From: a virus
DNA length: 64,000 nt
Virus record (IMG/VR): IMGVR_UViG_3300036820_000004
Coordinates: 55,754 to 119,753 of that record
Direction: 5' to 3' (one strand)
Made by a program: the position numbers and the translations under genes. Below the pieces are notes generated by a model. It saw nothing but the letters and a program-made list of their open reading frames with translations. It was not told the DNA's origin and did not search any database. Shown here piece after piece: positions 28,084 through 38,079 of this stretch. The first letter of the stretch is position 1; every line of letters begins with the position of its first letter.

Positions 28084-29360
28084 CCAACATCCCCCCGGGC
28101 GTCGCGCCGTCCTCCAGGTCCTGGCTCGGCATCGCCCGCGAGATCGGCGGCGCCGGCATCTCCGGTGTCGGCACCCCGACCCTGCCCACCGCGACAATCC
28201 CCCTCGACAAGTCCTCGTACGAGGTTGAGGACATGCCCAAGTTCCTCGAGGACCTCGCCATCCGCGGCAGCATGTCGCAGCGGTTCGCCGACGTGATCGG
28301 CGTCCAGGACGCCTCGTTCTCGTTCGGCGGCCCGGTCTTCGGCGACGTGTGGGGCTACTTCTTCGACAACCTCTTCGGCGACCTGTCCACCACCGGTTCC
28401 ACCCCGGCGAACGGCACGCACATCGTCAACCCGGGCGGCGTTGTCGTGGGCGGGACGCAGGTCACGGTGGCCAGCACGACCGGTTACACGAACTCGTCGA
28501 TCGTCCAGATCGACAGCGGCTCCGTCAGCGAAGTCGTCATCCTGAACACATCCGGCGGCACTGTGGGCGGCACCGCGCTGGTCTTCTCCAACTACCCGCT
28601 GCGGTTCGCCCACGGGTCCGCCGCGACCGTCAGCACGGTCACCGGCCCCTACATGCACACCTTCGCTGTGCTCAACTCCACAGCCGGGTACGGCGGCGCG
28701 AACGGCGCCCAGCCGCCAACGCACAGCCTGACCGACAACACGTACCTCACCCCCGGCGTCTACGCACGCACCTACCCCGGCGCGTGCGTCGGCCAGATCG
28801 AGATCAACGGCAACGCCGAAGGTCTCTTTATGGGGAAAAGTTCCGGAAATACCTGGTTGTCCGCCCCGGCCTCGACCATCCCGACTAACTCGACTACCTT
28901 CACGGTTCCCCTGCCGAACTGGCGTTCCACGCTCACTGTCGGCACCGCGGTCACTTACGATGTGGGCGAGTGGACGTGCACCTTGAAGCGGGAATTGCAA
29001 GTTTTTTGGACAGAACAGAACAATCAGACTCCATTTATCATCGCGCGAGGGACTCTCGACGCGTCCGGGGGCATGAAGTTCACCGTCCCTTCAGACGAGA
29101 CCCCCCTGAACTACATGCTGAACAACGTTCCTCTCTTGGTCCAGATAGTCACGACCAACGGCCTATCAGGGGTCAACGAGATCCAGTACACGGTGACCGC
29201 GCATAACGCGCAGTTCGTCAAGTCGAAGCCCGTGAGGTCGGGCGTGCTGGTCGGCTACGACAACGAGTACCGCACTGAGGCAAACACTTCAGATGTGGGC
29301 GGATCCGGCGGACTAGGACAAATGACGCTCCAGATTCTCAATAACGTTCCGACATACTAG
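28080..29360 (+). CDS. tail tube (major tail) protein
   Basis: WLGIARE N-terminus, beta-rich, upstream of chaperone and tape measure. Confidence 0.7.
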   Translation: MTNIPPGVAPSSRSWLGIAREIGGAGISGVGTPTLPTATIPLDKSSYEVEDMPKFLEDLAIRGSMSQRFADVIGVQDASFSFGGPVFGDVWGYFFDNLFGDLSTTGSTPANGTHIVNPGGVVVGGTQVTVASTTGYTNSSIVQIDSGSVSEVVILNTSGGTVGGTALVFSNYPLRFAHGSAATVSTVTGPYMHTFAVLNSTAGYGGANGAQPPTHSLTDNTYLTPGVYARTYPGACVGQIEINGNAEGLFMGKSSGNTWLSAPASTIPTNSTTFTVPLPNWRSTLTVGTAVTYDVGEWTCTLKRELQVFWTEQNNQTPFIIARGTLDASGGMKFTVPSDETPLNYMLNNVPLLVQIVTTNGLSGVNEIQYTVTAHNAQFVKSKPVRSGVLVGYDNEYRTEANTSDVGGSGGLGQMTLQILNNVPTY

Positions 29361-29373
29361 ACATTTCGGATAC

Positions 29374-30420
29374 TCAGGACAGTGTGGCCTTGCCTATGAG
29401 TGCGGCCTCAAGGTCTGCCACCCTGACCAGCAGGGCATTCCTCTCGCGGGTCAACTCAGCGATACTGCGCCTGTGATGGGCCTGCACCTTGGCCGTCTCC
29501 CATGCGCAGTTACCGGGCTCGTAGTTTCCTTCTACATCCGTCCGGTCGAGACTGTACTCAGGGGTCGGCTTCGGGCCCATGTCCGCGATGAAGTTCTGCA
29601 GGCCCTCAGGTAGCCCGAGCCAGCGATCGCAGACCTTGATGCCCCGGCCGCCGTAACCTTCCCAGTTCCGCGCATCCGGGTTGGTGCAGCGATCCACCAT
29701 GCTGTACCAGGTCTGATACAGCGGGTGTTTGCTGAGACCGTGGGTGATGCGTCGCTCCCGCTGGATACACCCGCAGGATCGGGTAACGCCGAATTTAAGG
29801 CTGTTGGCTTTCGGCTTCGCCTCGTTTCCGCACTCGCAGGTGCAGCGCACCCGGTCGTGGCAGAAGTAGACATCTTCCAGGAGTGTGAGACGCCCGAAAA
29901 CCGTGCCCGCTGCCAGATACGGCTGTTTTCCCGGGGACACTGTCATCGGACGCCCTAGGGGTTTGCCCTTCCGGTGGCAGACGCACGGCTTGTTGCCCCA
30001 CCTCAGCAATGCATCGGCCGAGACGAGACGCTCGTTGCCACATTCGCAACGAACCGGAAGGACAGTACCGTCGCGGCCATAGTTCTTCAGTACTGTCCAG
30101 GTGCCGATGACATCGCCGGCGCTGATCTGAGGCTCCCGGCGCTTCACGCGCCCAACAGGGCCTGGATCGCCGTTTTTCTCCACGCGGCGCCAGTGCATCC
30201 GGCACCAGCCGAAAGCCCACGCATAATTGGGGCAGTCGTCCAGGTGCTGGCACTTCTTTCTGCCCCGGCGCCGCAGCGAGGCTTCGTGTGCATGCCGGGC
30301 GCGGCTGGCACGCTCACGGATGCACTCTGCCTTGGTAGTGCAGATGCCGACCCGGTTACTGGACCGGAGCTGGCCGCGGCAGACCGCGCAGGTGCGGGTC
30401 GCGGGGGTAGCCTTGTCCAT
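29374..30420 (-). CDS. free-standing HNH homing endonuclease-like protein
   Basis: Repeated CECGNE modules; RSCGC; YGGRGIKVCDRW; SLDR.D..GNYEPGNC.W. Confidence 0.85.
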   Translation of the reverse strand: MDKATPATRTCAVCRGQLRSSNRVGICTTKAECIRERASRARHAHEASLRRRGRKKCQHLDDCPNYAWAFGWCRMHWRRVEKNGDPGPVGRVKRREPQISAGDVIGTWTVLKNYGRDGTVLPVRCECGNERLVSADALLRWGNKPCVCHRKGKPLGRPMTVSPGKQPYLAAGTVFGRLTLLEDVYFCHDRVRCTCECGNEAKPKANSLKFGVTRSCGCIQRERRITHGLSKHPLYQTWYSMVDRCTNPDARNWEGYGGRGIKVCDRWLGLPEGLQNFIADMGPKPTPEYSLDRTDVEGNYEPGNCAWETAKVQAHHRRSIAELTRERNALLVRVADLEAALIGKATLS

Positions 30421-30528
30421 GTCGGTGCTCCTCTGTTAAGGGTTAAGCACTGGCCAAGCCCGGGGCGGTCTGACCACCGTCGCCGGGATTATTCGTGCGA
30501 ACATTCTATCTGAAATCAGGAGACGCCT

Positions 30529-31133
30529 GTGCGCATTTCCCTTCCGTCCGGTGCCTGGATTGAAGTCCGCGACAATGACAAGCCGAGTGATCGCTGGGCG
30601 GTAGCGGACGCCCCGGACGTCGTTAATATCGACGGTCAGGTCTCCGTCCGTAATGCTCAGGGGAACATGGGGAAAACCTACTACGCCCGGGTCATCCTTG
30701 CGTGGTCCTACGAGGCCCCGTTTTCTCCAGAGAACCTGGAGCTTTTCGGCGATGAATGGCCCGGCGATATGGATGACTTCCTAGCACTAGAGGATGCCCT
30801 GCAGGAGCGTTTCAGCCGTGTGTCCCGGTCCCGGCGCTCCCCAAACCCGCAGAGGCCGCCCTCGCCGACGAACGCGACATCTCCCGCCTAGTCGCCTGCT
30901 TCGCTTCGGACGGCACGCAGGGCGGCCTGCCGGACGGGATGCCGCCGCGGGAGATGACGTACTGGTGGTGGCTGGACAGGCACGGTCTCACACGCAGGCA
31001 GGTTGACGAGGACATCTCCCTCGAGGACCTTGAGTGGGTTCCGAAGTTGGACGCAGCTAAGGCGCGCGTGACCGAGATGAGGCAGAAGCAGGCCGCTCGC
31101 GAGGCTCGCAGCGGTCGGCAGCGCGGGTTCTAG
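30529..31133 (+). CDS. tail assembly chaperone pair (30529-30891; -1 frameshift extension to 31133)
   Basis: Slippery heptamer C CCA AAC at 30840-30846; -1 frame open into 30939-31133. Confidence 0.8.
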
Positions 31134-31455
31134 CGCCGCACATGCGCGCAGGTCAGCACTGTTGCCACTGGCATTAGCACCGGCCCCGCGTAGTCCGGCA
31201 CCCCTCCTGACGCCCATCCGATGGCGATCCCGGCCAGTTCACCCGCGGCGACGGGGACAGGTGACGGAAACCGGATCTCTACGGTCTTCCCTTCGGTGCT
31301 CGCCGCGGCCGGGTGACCGGGCACGCAGGTAAGCATGATCCGCACCATGCCGTCGCGCCGGATCACCGACATGGCCACGCCGCCGTTGAACGCACGCCCG
31401 GAGATGATCCTCGGCGCGACACGGGAGCCCATGAGCGAAGCGTAGGGGGTGCCCG

Positions 31456-31947
31456 GTGGCTATCACCCTCGCTGAGCTTGTGCCCGTCCTGGAAGCGCTG
31501 CGGGACCGGGCTGCGACTGCCGCGCCGCCAGCGGTGACGGCCATCGGGCAGACATATCAGAAGCACCTGCAGAAGGTCACGTTGCGGCGGTATTTCGCCA
31601 CACCGGGACAGTTCGGCACGTCGTCGCCGCCGGGGCAGCCTCCCGCGTGGCGGACTGGCGCCATGGCCCGGTCGGTGACGACCGTTGTCGGCCCGTCGTC
31701 CGGGATGACTGCCACGGCCAGCGTAGGCCCGCATGTGATCTACGCCCGGACTCAGAATGAAGGCGGGATTCACCGGCCGTCCCGGGCCCGGTACATGCAC
31801 TGGATCAACTCGGGCGGCTCCTGGTACCTGAAGCGGGTCAATATCCCGGCCCGGCCGTTCATGGAGCCGGCGCTGCGCGAGTGCATCGAGAACGGGTCGC
31901 TGACCAAGGCGGCCGCCGAAGCGTTCCTGGCTTGGGTGTGGGGGTGA
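31456..31947 (+). CDS. HK97 gp10-like neck/tail completion protein
   Basis: PAWRTG.M.RS, YA...NEG, PARPFMEPA. Confidence 0.75.
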   Translation: MAITLAELVPVLEALRDRAATAAPPAVTAIGQTYQKHLQKVTLRRYFATPGQFGTSSPPGQPPAWRTGAMARSVTTVVGPSSGMTATASVGPHVIYARTQNEGGIHRPSRARYMHWINSGGSWYLKRVNIPARPFMEPALRECIENGSLTKAAAEAFLAWVWG

Positions 31948-32025
31948 ATTCCCCTGCCTAGCCTGCCGGACGTCGAAGAGACCTTCAAGGCAGATTCAGG
32001 CCCGTACGTTGCCGGTCTTGAGGCA

Positions 32026-35000
32026 ATGATCGCGGCGGCCGACCGGGCCGAGCAGGCCAACTATGCGCTCCTGGTCTCCATCGGCGCGCTTCAGGCAGGC
32101 CAGGACGCGGCAGCACGCGGGGCCAGCGTTGACGCCGCCGCGAACGCCTTCCTGGCCGAGCAGGCGGGGAACGCGGCCCGGGCCAGCACCGAGGCGGCTG
32201 CCGCAACGACCGCCGCAGGCGATGCGGCAGGCGATGCGGCAGGAAAGTTCGCTGCCGATGACGCAGCCATGCGAGGTGCCGCGGACGCGGCCACGGACGC
32301 GGCCCTGGCTGAGGCGGCTGCCACGGTTTCGACGAGGGCTGCAGGTGACGCAGCGCTGGCATCAGTCGCGAAGACGGATGCGTCGCGGCTGGCGATCGGC
32401 CGGTGGGGTATCACCTGGAACGCGCTGCACTGGATCATCGCGGGCGGCGCGGAACTTCTGGCTGTCACCCTCCCGGCGGCGGTCGCAGCGGGGTCGGCGG
32501 CGTTCGTGCTCTACCAGGGCGTCGTCGAGCAAGTCGGTTTCCGGCTGCAAGCCCTGTACGGGACTACCGAGGCCACCGCCGCGATGCTGAACAAGACCAC
32601 AGGCGATGTCCTCGGCCTGGGGCACGCATTCCAGACGGCCCAGAACGCGGCTGACCCGATCGCCTACCAGTTGCTCGGCGAGTACGTGAACGCCGCTAAG
32701 AGCCACATGGTGGACCTGGCCAGCGCCGGCGTGGCCGTGGACCGCGCCCTCGGTGAACTCGGCGCGAAGATCGACGTCGACCTGATCCAGCAAGGCGGCC
32801 AGCTCAACTCCCTGCTCGCCAACATGGTCTCCGATCTGATCGAGATCGGGCAGGTTTTCGGCAATCTCGGGCATGCCGTCTTGAATCTTGCGGCTGACAT
32901 GCCGGGGCTGGCCGAGGTGCTCCTCAAGATCGCTGACGCGGCGTCGCGTGTCGTGCTGTGGGTGTCCGAACTGCCGGCGCCCCTGATCTTGACGTTCATG
33001 GTGTTCGAGGAGTTTTCCCGGTGGGGCGGCCTGGTCGTGACCATGCTCGGGAAATTGGGGCTGGCCAGCAGCGAACTGTCGGGCGGCCTGTTCTCGGTGT
33101 CACGGTTCGGCGGAATCCTGTCCAATGTCCTCAAGGCTATCCCGATGCTGGCCGCGGGTGCGGTCCAGGGCCTGGGATCGCTCATGCAGGCCGTCGCTAG
33201 TGACGAATATGCGTTCGGCCGGGCCGGGACGGCGGTAAAGGGACTCGGCGAGGACATGGAGGCCGGCATCGCCGACATTCCCATGTGGCAGGCCGCGCTC
33301 GGCGCGCTGGCGATCGGCGGGTTCATCTTCTTCGCCGACAAGGCCCTGACCGCGCGGAACGCGACACAGCAGTTCACTGATTCGCTGCAGAAGGCGGCCG
33401 AGGCCGCGTCGAACGTGAACGTGATCGGCACCATCGCCGACAACATGGCCCGGATCGACACCGCCCAGCGGCAGGCCGCCGCGTCGGCGGGCACCCTGGC
33501 GCAGAACTGGACGCAGATGGGCAATGCCGCGCACCTCGGCGTTGAGCCTGTCAGCGACTTGCAGGAGAAAATGGCCGGCCTGTCAGCGGGGATGACCCAG
33601 CAGGACCAGGATCTGCGGAATGTCAGCCAGGGCGTGCAGGTGCTGGGACGGGCGTACGGGACTGACCTGACCCAGTCGCTTGCTCTCGCCGATGAGGCCG
33701 GGGTGAAACTGGTCAAGGGCATCACCGGGACCGGGCAGGCGGCGCAGGTTGCGCGGGCTCAGGTCGCCGGCCTGGTGCAGGGTTACAAGGCGATGGACCA
33801 GACCGGGGGGATCCTCGGCAATGACATGAACACCCTGGCGATCCAGACCGGGCTGGCTGACACCAAGGTCCAGGGCCTCAACCAGGCGTGGGACCAGCTC
33901 CTTTCCAATGCCACCGGCCTGACCAGCAATTTTGCCGGGCTGATCACCGACATCGGCGAGATCAACAACGCGATCACGACCAGCGGCAAGAAGTTTGACG
34001 TGTTCGGCGGCGAAGCTGTGTCGAGCACGCAGGCTGCTGCCATGTCGATGAAGTCATTCGGCGGGGTCGGCGCGCAGGTGTGGTCGAACTACGACTCGGC
34101 GCTGCAGCAAGCCGGCCAGTTCACCGACTCGCTGCGCACCGCCGCTGCGTACGGCGCGGTGTCACAGAAAGCGTTCACCCAGCAGATCGCGTACACGGTG
34201 CAGCAACTGCTGCCCTATGCCCGGTATTCGCAGACCGCTGCCGCGCAGCTGGGGATCCTGGTGCAGCAGGCCGGCGGCCCGGCGCTGACTAGTTTCAAGT
34301 CGCTGAAAGAGTGGGTGGATAAGAACTCCGAGTCTGCTTCGGCGTTCAACAAGCAGATGGCCGGGGAGACCGTCCAGTTGTCGGACGTGTCTCAGGCCGC
34401 GTCAGAGTTTGCGTCCACGCTGAACTCGCAGGTCGCCTCTGCGCTGGACTCGGCGAAGATCTCGACGTCGGGGCTGACGCAGGCCGCGCAGCGGCTCAAC
34501 CAGGCGTACACCCAGACCCACGGCACAGTCTCAGGGCCAGTTGTCTCCTCGTTCGCCCAGTTGGTGACGAGCCTTGACCGGGTGTACGGCAACACGCAGA
34601 CCGCTACCGGGATCGCGAATGCTTACGCCCGGTCGCTGGGCTTGACCTCTGCCCAGGTGAAGATCCTGGACTACGACGTGTCCGGCCTGGTCGCGCAGAT
34701 GAACCAGCTTCACTCCAAGACGGTCACGGTCACCGTGAACGGTCAGATCACCGGGTCGGGGGCGGCGGCGCTGGCCGCGGGAGGCGTTTCCCCGGTCACG
34801 ATCATCCACGCCCGTCAGCCCACCCAGCTGGCGACTGGCGCGCAGTACGCGGCGGCGGGCATGGCCGTGGTCGGCGACGCGGGGCCGGAACTGGTGCGGT
34901 TCGGTGGCGGGGAGCAGGTCATCCCGTCGTGGCAGACCGCGGCAGCGGTGCACGGCGGGGGCGGGGAGGGGACGCTGAATTTCTCCCACCAGTCCAGCAT

Positions 35001-35100
35001 TCAGGTCGACGGCACGAAGCTCGGTGCGGTGACGCGAACCCAGTCACTGACATACCAAAGGCGCAATCCGTCCAATAACCTGTCATTGCGGACACGCTAG
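32026..35100 (+). CDS. tape measure protein
   Basis: Ala-rich helical 1024 aa with hydrophobic segments and VGDAGPELV motif; frame open to 31948. Confidence 0.85.
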   Translation: MIAAADRAEQANYALLVSIGALQAGQDAAARGASVDAAANAFLAEQAGNAARASTEAAAATTAAGDAAGDAAGKFAADDAAMRGAADAATDAALAEAAATVSTRAAGDAALASVAKTDASRLAIGRWGITWNALHWIIAGGAELLAVTLPAAVAAGSAAFVLYQGVVEQVGFRLQALYGTTEATAAMLNKTTGDVLGLGHAFQTAQNAADPIAYQLLGEYVNAAKSHMVDLASAGVAVDRALGELGAKIDVDLIQQGGQLNSLLANMVSDLIEIGQVFGNLGHAVLNLAADMPGLAEVLLKIADAASRVVLWVSELPAPLILTFMVFEEFSRWGGLVVTMLGKLGLASSELSGGLFSVSRFGGILSNVLKAIPMLAAGAVQGLGSLMQAVASDEYAFGRAGTAVKGLGEDMEAGIADIPMWQAALGALAIGGFIFFADKALTARNATQQFTDSLQKAAEAASNVNVIGTIADNMARIDTAQRQAAASAGTLAQNWTQMGNAAHLGVEPVSDLQEKMAGLSAGMTQQDQDLRNVSQGVQVLGRAYGTDLTQSLALADEAGVKLVKGITGTGQAAQVARAQVAGLVQGYKAMDQTGGILGNDMNTLAIQTGLADTKVQGLNQAWDQLLSNATGLTSNFAGLITDIGEINNAITTSGKKFDVFGGEAVSSTQAAAMSMKSFGGVGAQVWSNYDSALQQAGQFTDSLRTAAAYGAVSQKAFTQQIAYTVQQLLPYARYSQTAAAQLGILVQQAGGPALTSFKSLKEWVDKNSESASAFNKQMAGETVQLSDVSQAASEFASTLNSQVASALDSAKISTSGLTQAAQRLNQAYTQTHGTVSGPVVSSFAQLVTSLDRVYGNTQTATGIANAYARSLGLTSAQVKILDYDVSGLVAQMNQLHSKTVTVTVNGQITGSGAAALAAGGVSPVTIIHARQPTQLATGAQYAAAGMAVVGDAGPELVRFGGGEQVIPSWQTAAAVHGGGGEGTLNFSHQSSIQVDGTKLGAVTRTQSLTYQRRNPSNNLSLRTR

Positions 35101-35344
35101 CCGGCCAGACCGGGGTGTATGGCCTGCTTGTGCGCGGCGGCCAGTTCGTTGAGCCGCTCAAGCGGCCACGCGGTGTCCCACCTGTTGACAGGTTCGTCGC
35201 GCAGCAGGTCCGCCTTCTCCTGCAGCCCTGCGTCCAGGCCACGCCTGGCACCACAGGCTCATTGCGGACATGTCGTCGTAGCTGACGAGGAACGCGCCCG
35301 TCCCGGTGTCCGTCATGCCGCACATGGTACGAGGAGGTGCTCGC

Positions 35345-37303
35345 TTGGCCACTCTGGAGCAGTTCACCCTGCCGCCGCCAAGGTCCGTGGGAAGCCCGAA
35401 CCCGCCTGTCGATGTCAACAACATCGTCAACTGCGTCACCGCCTACGGATCAGCGTTCAACATCGTCAACACCGGATTCGCCGGCGGCGCCTACCTCGAT
35501 GGCACCAGCGATTCGACAGCGGCCATCCAGGCGTGCATGGACGCCGCCGCCACCTATGGCGCTGCGGTGTTCATTCCTGGCGGGGTGATCTTCCGGGCAT
35601 CGCAGCTGACCTGGAACGCCGGGCAGATCATCCAGGGTGTCTACTCCGGCACCTACCCGGGCGAGGACTCGATCACCACGGCGAGCATCCTGGCCCGGCT
35701 GGCTAGCACCAATGAAGACCTGATCACCGTCCCGGACGGCACCGACTATGGCATGATCCGCGATCTGATGATCGACGGGAACAAGTCGAATAACAGCGCG
35801 GGAGACGGTGTTCACATCGCCGACGGGATTTCCGACCAGGAATGCCAGATCGTCATCGAGCGGTGCTACATCCACGACAACCCGGGCAGCGCCGTCTACC
35901 TGGGTAACAACCGGCGCGGCACCAAGGTCCTCACCTCAGTGCTGCACGAATCCGGGATTGACGGGGTAACGATCGCCGGCTCAGACAACCATGTCTGGAA
36001 CTGCATCATCGGCGACAATACCCGCGCCGGGATCTGCCTGGGCACCACGATCACGCAAAACTGGGCGGCCACCAGCGGCTTCGCGTTCAGCGTGGCCCAC
36101 ATCGGCGGCAATGACATATTCAAGAACGGCGTGGGCATCGCCATCGCCAGCGGCGTCAATGATGTCACCGCCTACGACAACGGCATCGACCATAGCCAGA
36201 AACAGGGCATCACTGTCTACGACGGGTCAGCCAACTCGCTGGTGCTCAACAGCCTTCATTCCAACAGCCAGGCCGCGAACAACACCTACGCGCACATCGA
36301 CGTCGGCGCGAACGTCACCTCGGTCAGCATCGACGACAACAACTTCGGCCCGCTCGACTCCGACGCGACCAACGCGCCGTCGTACTGCGTGAATGCGGCT
36401 ACGGGCATAGCCACCGGCACGATCCTGGGCAACCTCGGCTCGATGAACGCGACATCAACGGTGGGCGGCCTGATCAACTCGGCGGCGAACACTGACCCGT
36501 ACGTGTGCCTGTCCAATGCCGGGGCGCTGATCAAGGGCTCGGGGAACAACATCCTGTCGCTGAAGAACGCGTCGGGCACGCTGGTCACGAAGGTCAGCAA
36601 CGGCGGGTCGTTCGTGCACCAGGGGGGTGCATTCCAAGCAACAGCGACTGGCGGCGGCCACGTTTTCGGGTCGGCGACCGCGCTGCCGAACACCGCACTG
36701 TCGGTGATCGGCAATACTGCCGCCAATCCGGTGCTCGGCATCCAGGCCGCTACGTCTCAGATCGGTGACCTGCTGGACTTCTGGAGCAGCGGCGGCTCAC
36801 CTACGCTGCTCCAGGCGGTGGACTTTACGGGCGCGATGCCGGGACTATACCTGTGCACGCCGACGCAGTACGCCCCGGGCTCGCAGGTCACGTTCTCGTC
36901 AACCGCGCAGACATTCTCGGCGGTGTCCTCCGCGAATATCAACACGCGCTCGTTCACTGCACCCGCATCGGGAGAGGTCCTTGTCGGCGCGACCCTGACG
37001 TCTCAGGTGAACTCGGACGGTAACACTGTCGCCTTCGCGCTTGCCGAGCACGGGACCACGACTCCCCTAGTCAGTACCGCGTCTGTGCTGAAGTACCCAG
37101 GGTCGGCGTTCCCGTTTCCGCTATCACTCCCATTCCTGGTCAGCGACCTAGCTGCGGGGAGTGCCTACACCTTTGACCTGATGTGGTGCGTGGCCAGCGG
37201 TGGCACCGTCACCGCCTATGCCTACGGGCAGACGGGCACCACGCCGACGCAGGGCAATTCCGGACTCGGCGGCCCGGCAATTATGACCGTGCAGGCGGCG
37301 TGA
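35345..37303 (+). CDS. tail spike/fibre with pectate-lyase-like beta-helix
   Basis: GAGGAGG before TTG; GA..DGTSDSTAAIQA, IDGNK, beta-helix repeats. Confidence 0.75.
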   Translation: MATLEQFTLPPPRSVGSPNPPVDVNNIVNCVTAYGSAFNIVNTGFAGGAYLDGTSDSTAAIQACMDAAATYGAAVFIPGGVIFRASQLTWNAGQIIQGVYSGTYPGEDSITTASILARLASTNEDLITVPDGTDYGMIRDLMIDGNKSNNSAGDGVHIADGISDQECQIVIERCYIHDNPGSAVYLGNNRRGTKVLTSVLHESGIDGVTIAGSDNHVWNCIIGDNTRAGICLGTTITQNWAATSGFAFSVAHIGGNDIFKNGVGIAIASGVNDVTAYDNGIDHSQKQGITVYDGSANSLVLNSLHSNSQAANNTYAHIDVGANVTSVSIDDNNFGPLDSDATNAPSYCVNAATGIATGTILGNLGSMNATSTVGGLINSAANTDPYVCLSNAGALIKGSGNNILSLKNASGTLVTKVSNGGSFVHQGGAFQATATGGGHVFGSATALPNTALSVIGNTAANPVLGIQAATSQIGDLLDFWSSGGSPTLLQAVDFTGAMPGLYLCTPTQYAPGSQVTFSSTAQTFSAVSSANINTRSFTAPASGEVLVGATLTSQVNSDGNTVAFALAEHGTTTPLVSTASVLKYPGSAFPFPLSLPFLVSDLAAGSAYTFDLMWCVASGGTVTAYAYGQTGTTPTQGNSGLGGPAIMTVQAA

Positions 37304-37310
37304 AGAAGAA

Positions 37311-38024
37311 ATGACAACGCTCACCAACTCGTTCGAGGGCGGCACCAGCGGCACAACCATCACTGCCGCCAACTCCGGCGGCGCGTCGGGGAACGCGTTC
37401 GACTCGGTTTCCATCGGGACCAGCGGCTCCCTGGTGTTCGACAATGCCCGCGCCGCGCACGGACTGCTGTCGGCCAAGGCGGCCACGGGTGGCACCGCAG
37501 ACGAAGTGCTGATGGAGTGGACAACATCGCTCGGCACCCAGGCCACCGTCTACTACCGCGCTTACCTTTACCTGACCTCGAACTCGGCTGCGGTGCAGCC
37601 GGTTGAGGTGCGGGCAGGCGGATCGTCAGCGGCGTCCATCGCGATCAGCACCAGCGGCAACCTGCGCCTGGTGAACGGCGCGTTCGCTGTAGTGATGACG
37701 TTCAGCGGCATGGTGCCCCTCGGCCAGTGGTTCCGCCTCGAGGGGCTTTTCACCGGGGATCCCTCCAATGGCGTGATCTCCTGCTCGCAGTTCAACTCGA
37801 TGGATTCGGTCACGCCCACTGAGTCGCACACCCTTACAGGGCAGGACACGACTGGTTCGCTGACCCAGACCTGGTTCGGGCAGACCTCCAGCGTGGCGAA
37901 CACGCCCGCTTTCTGGCTGGACGATGTCGGCGTCTCGTCGTCGGGCCCGCTTGGTCCCTGGACGCCGCCCGGCGGCGCGGGCTGCAACATCGTCGCCCCG
38001 CTTGTCGCCAGCGGCGCTATCTAG
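37311..38024 (+). CDS. lectin-like virion protein, paralog of 17869-18594
   Basis: 44-bp identity 37320-37363 = 17878-17921. Confidence 0.6.
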   Translation: MTTLTNSFEGGTSGTTITAANSGGASGNAFDSVSIGTSGSLVFDNARAAHGLLSAKAATGGTADEVLMEWTTSLGTQATVYYRAYLYLTSNSAAVQPVEVRAGGSSAASIAISTSGNLRLVNGAFAVVMTFSGMVPLGQWFRLEGLFTGDPSNGVISCSQFNSMDSVTPTESHTLTGQDTTGSLTQTWFGQTSSVANTPAFWLDDVGVSSSGPLGPWTPPGGAGCNIVAPLVASGAI

Positions 38025-38079
38025 TCCCCGCTTGCGGTTCTCCTGCTGACCGGCTAGCGCCACCCTAAGGAGGGCCGGC

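Noticed and set aside
35097-35320. Small reverse gene between tape measure and tail spike
   Set aside because: Coding-like segments lie in two frames; too weak to call.
17878-37363. 44-bp and 38-bp repeats as DGR template/variable repeats
   Set aside because: Perfect identity, no adenine-specific changes and no reverse transcriptase in the window.
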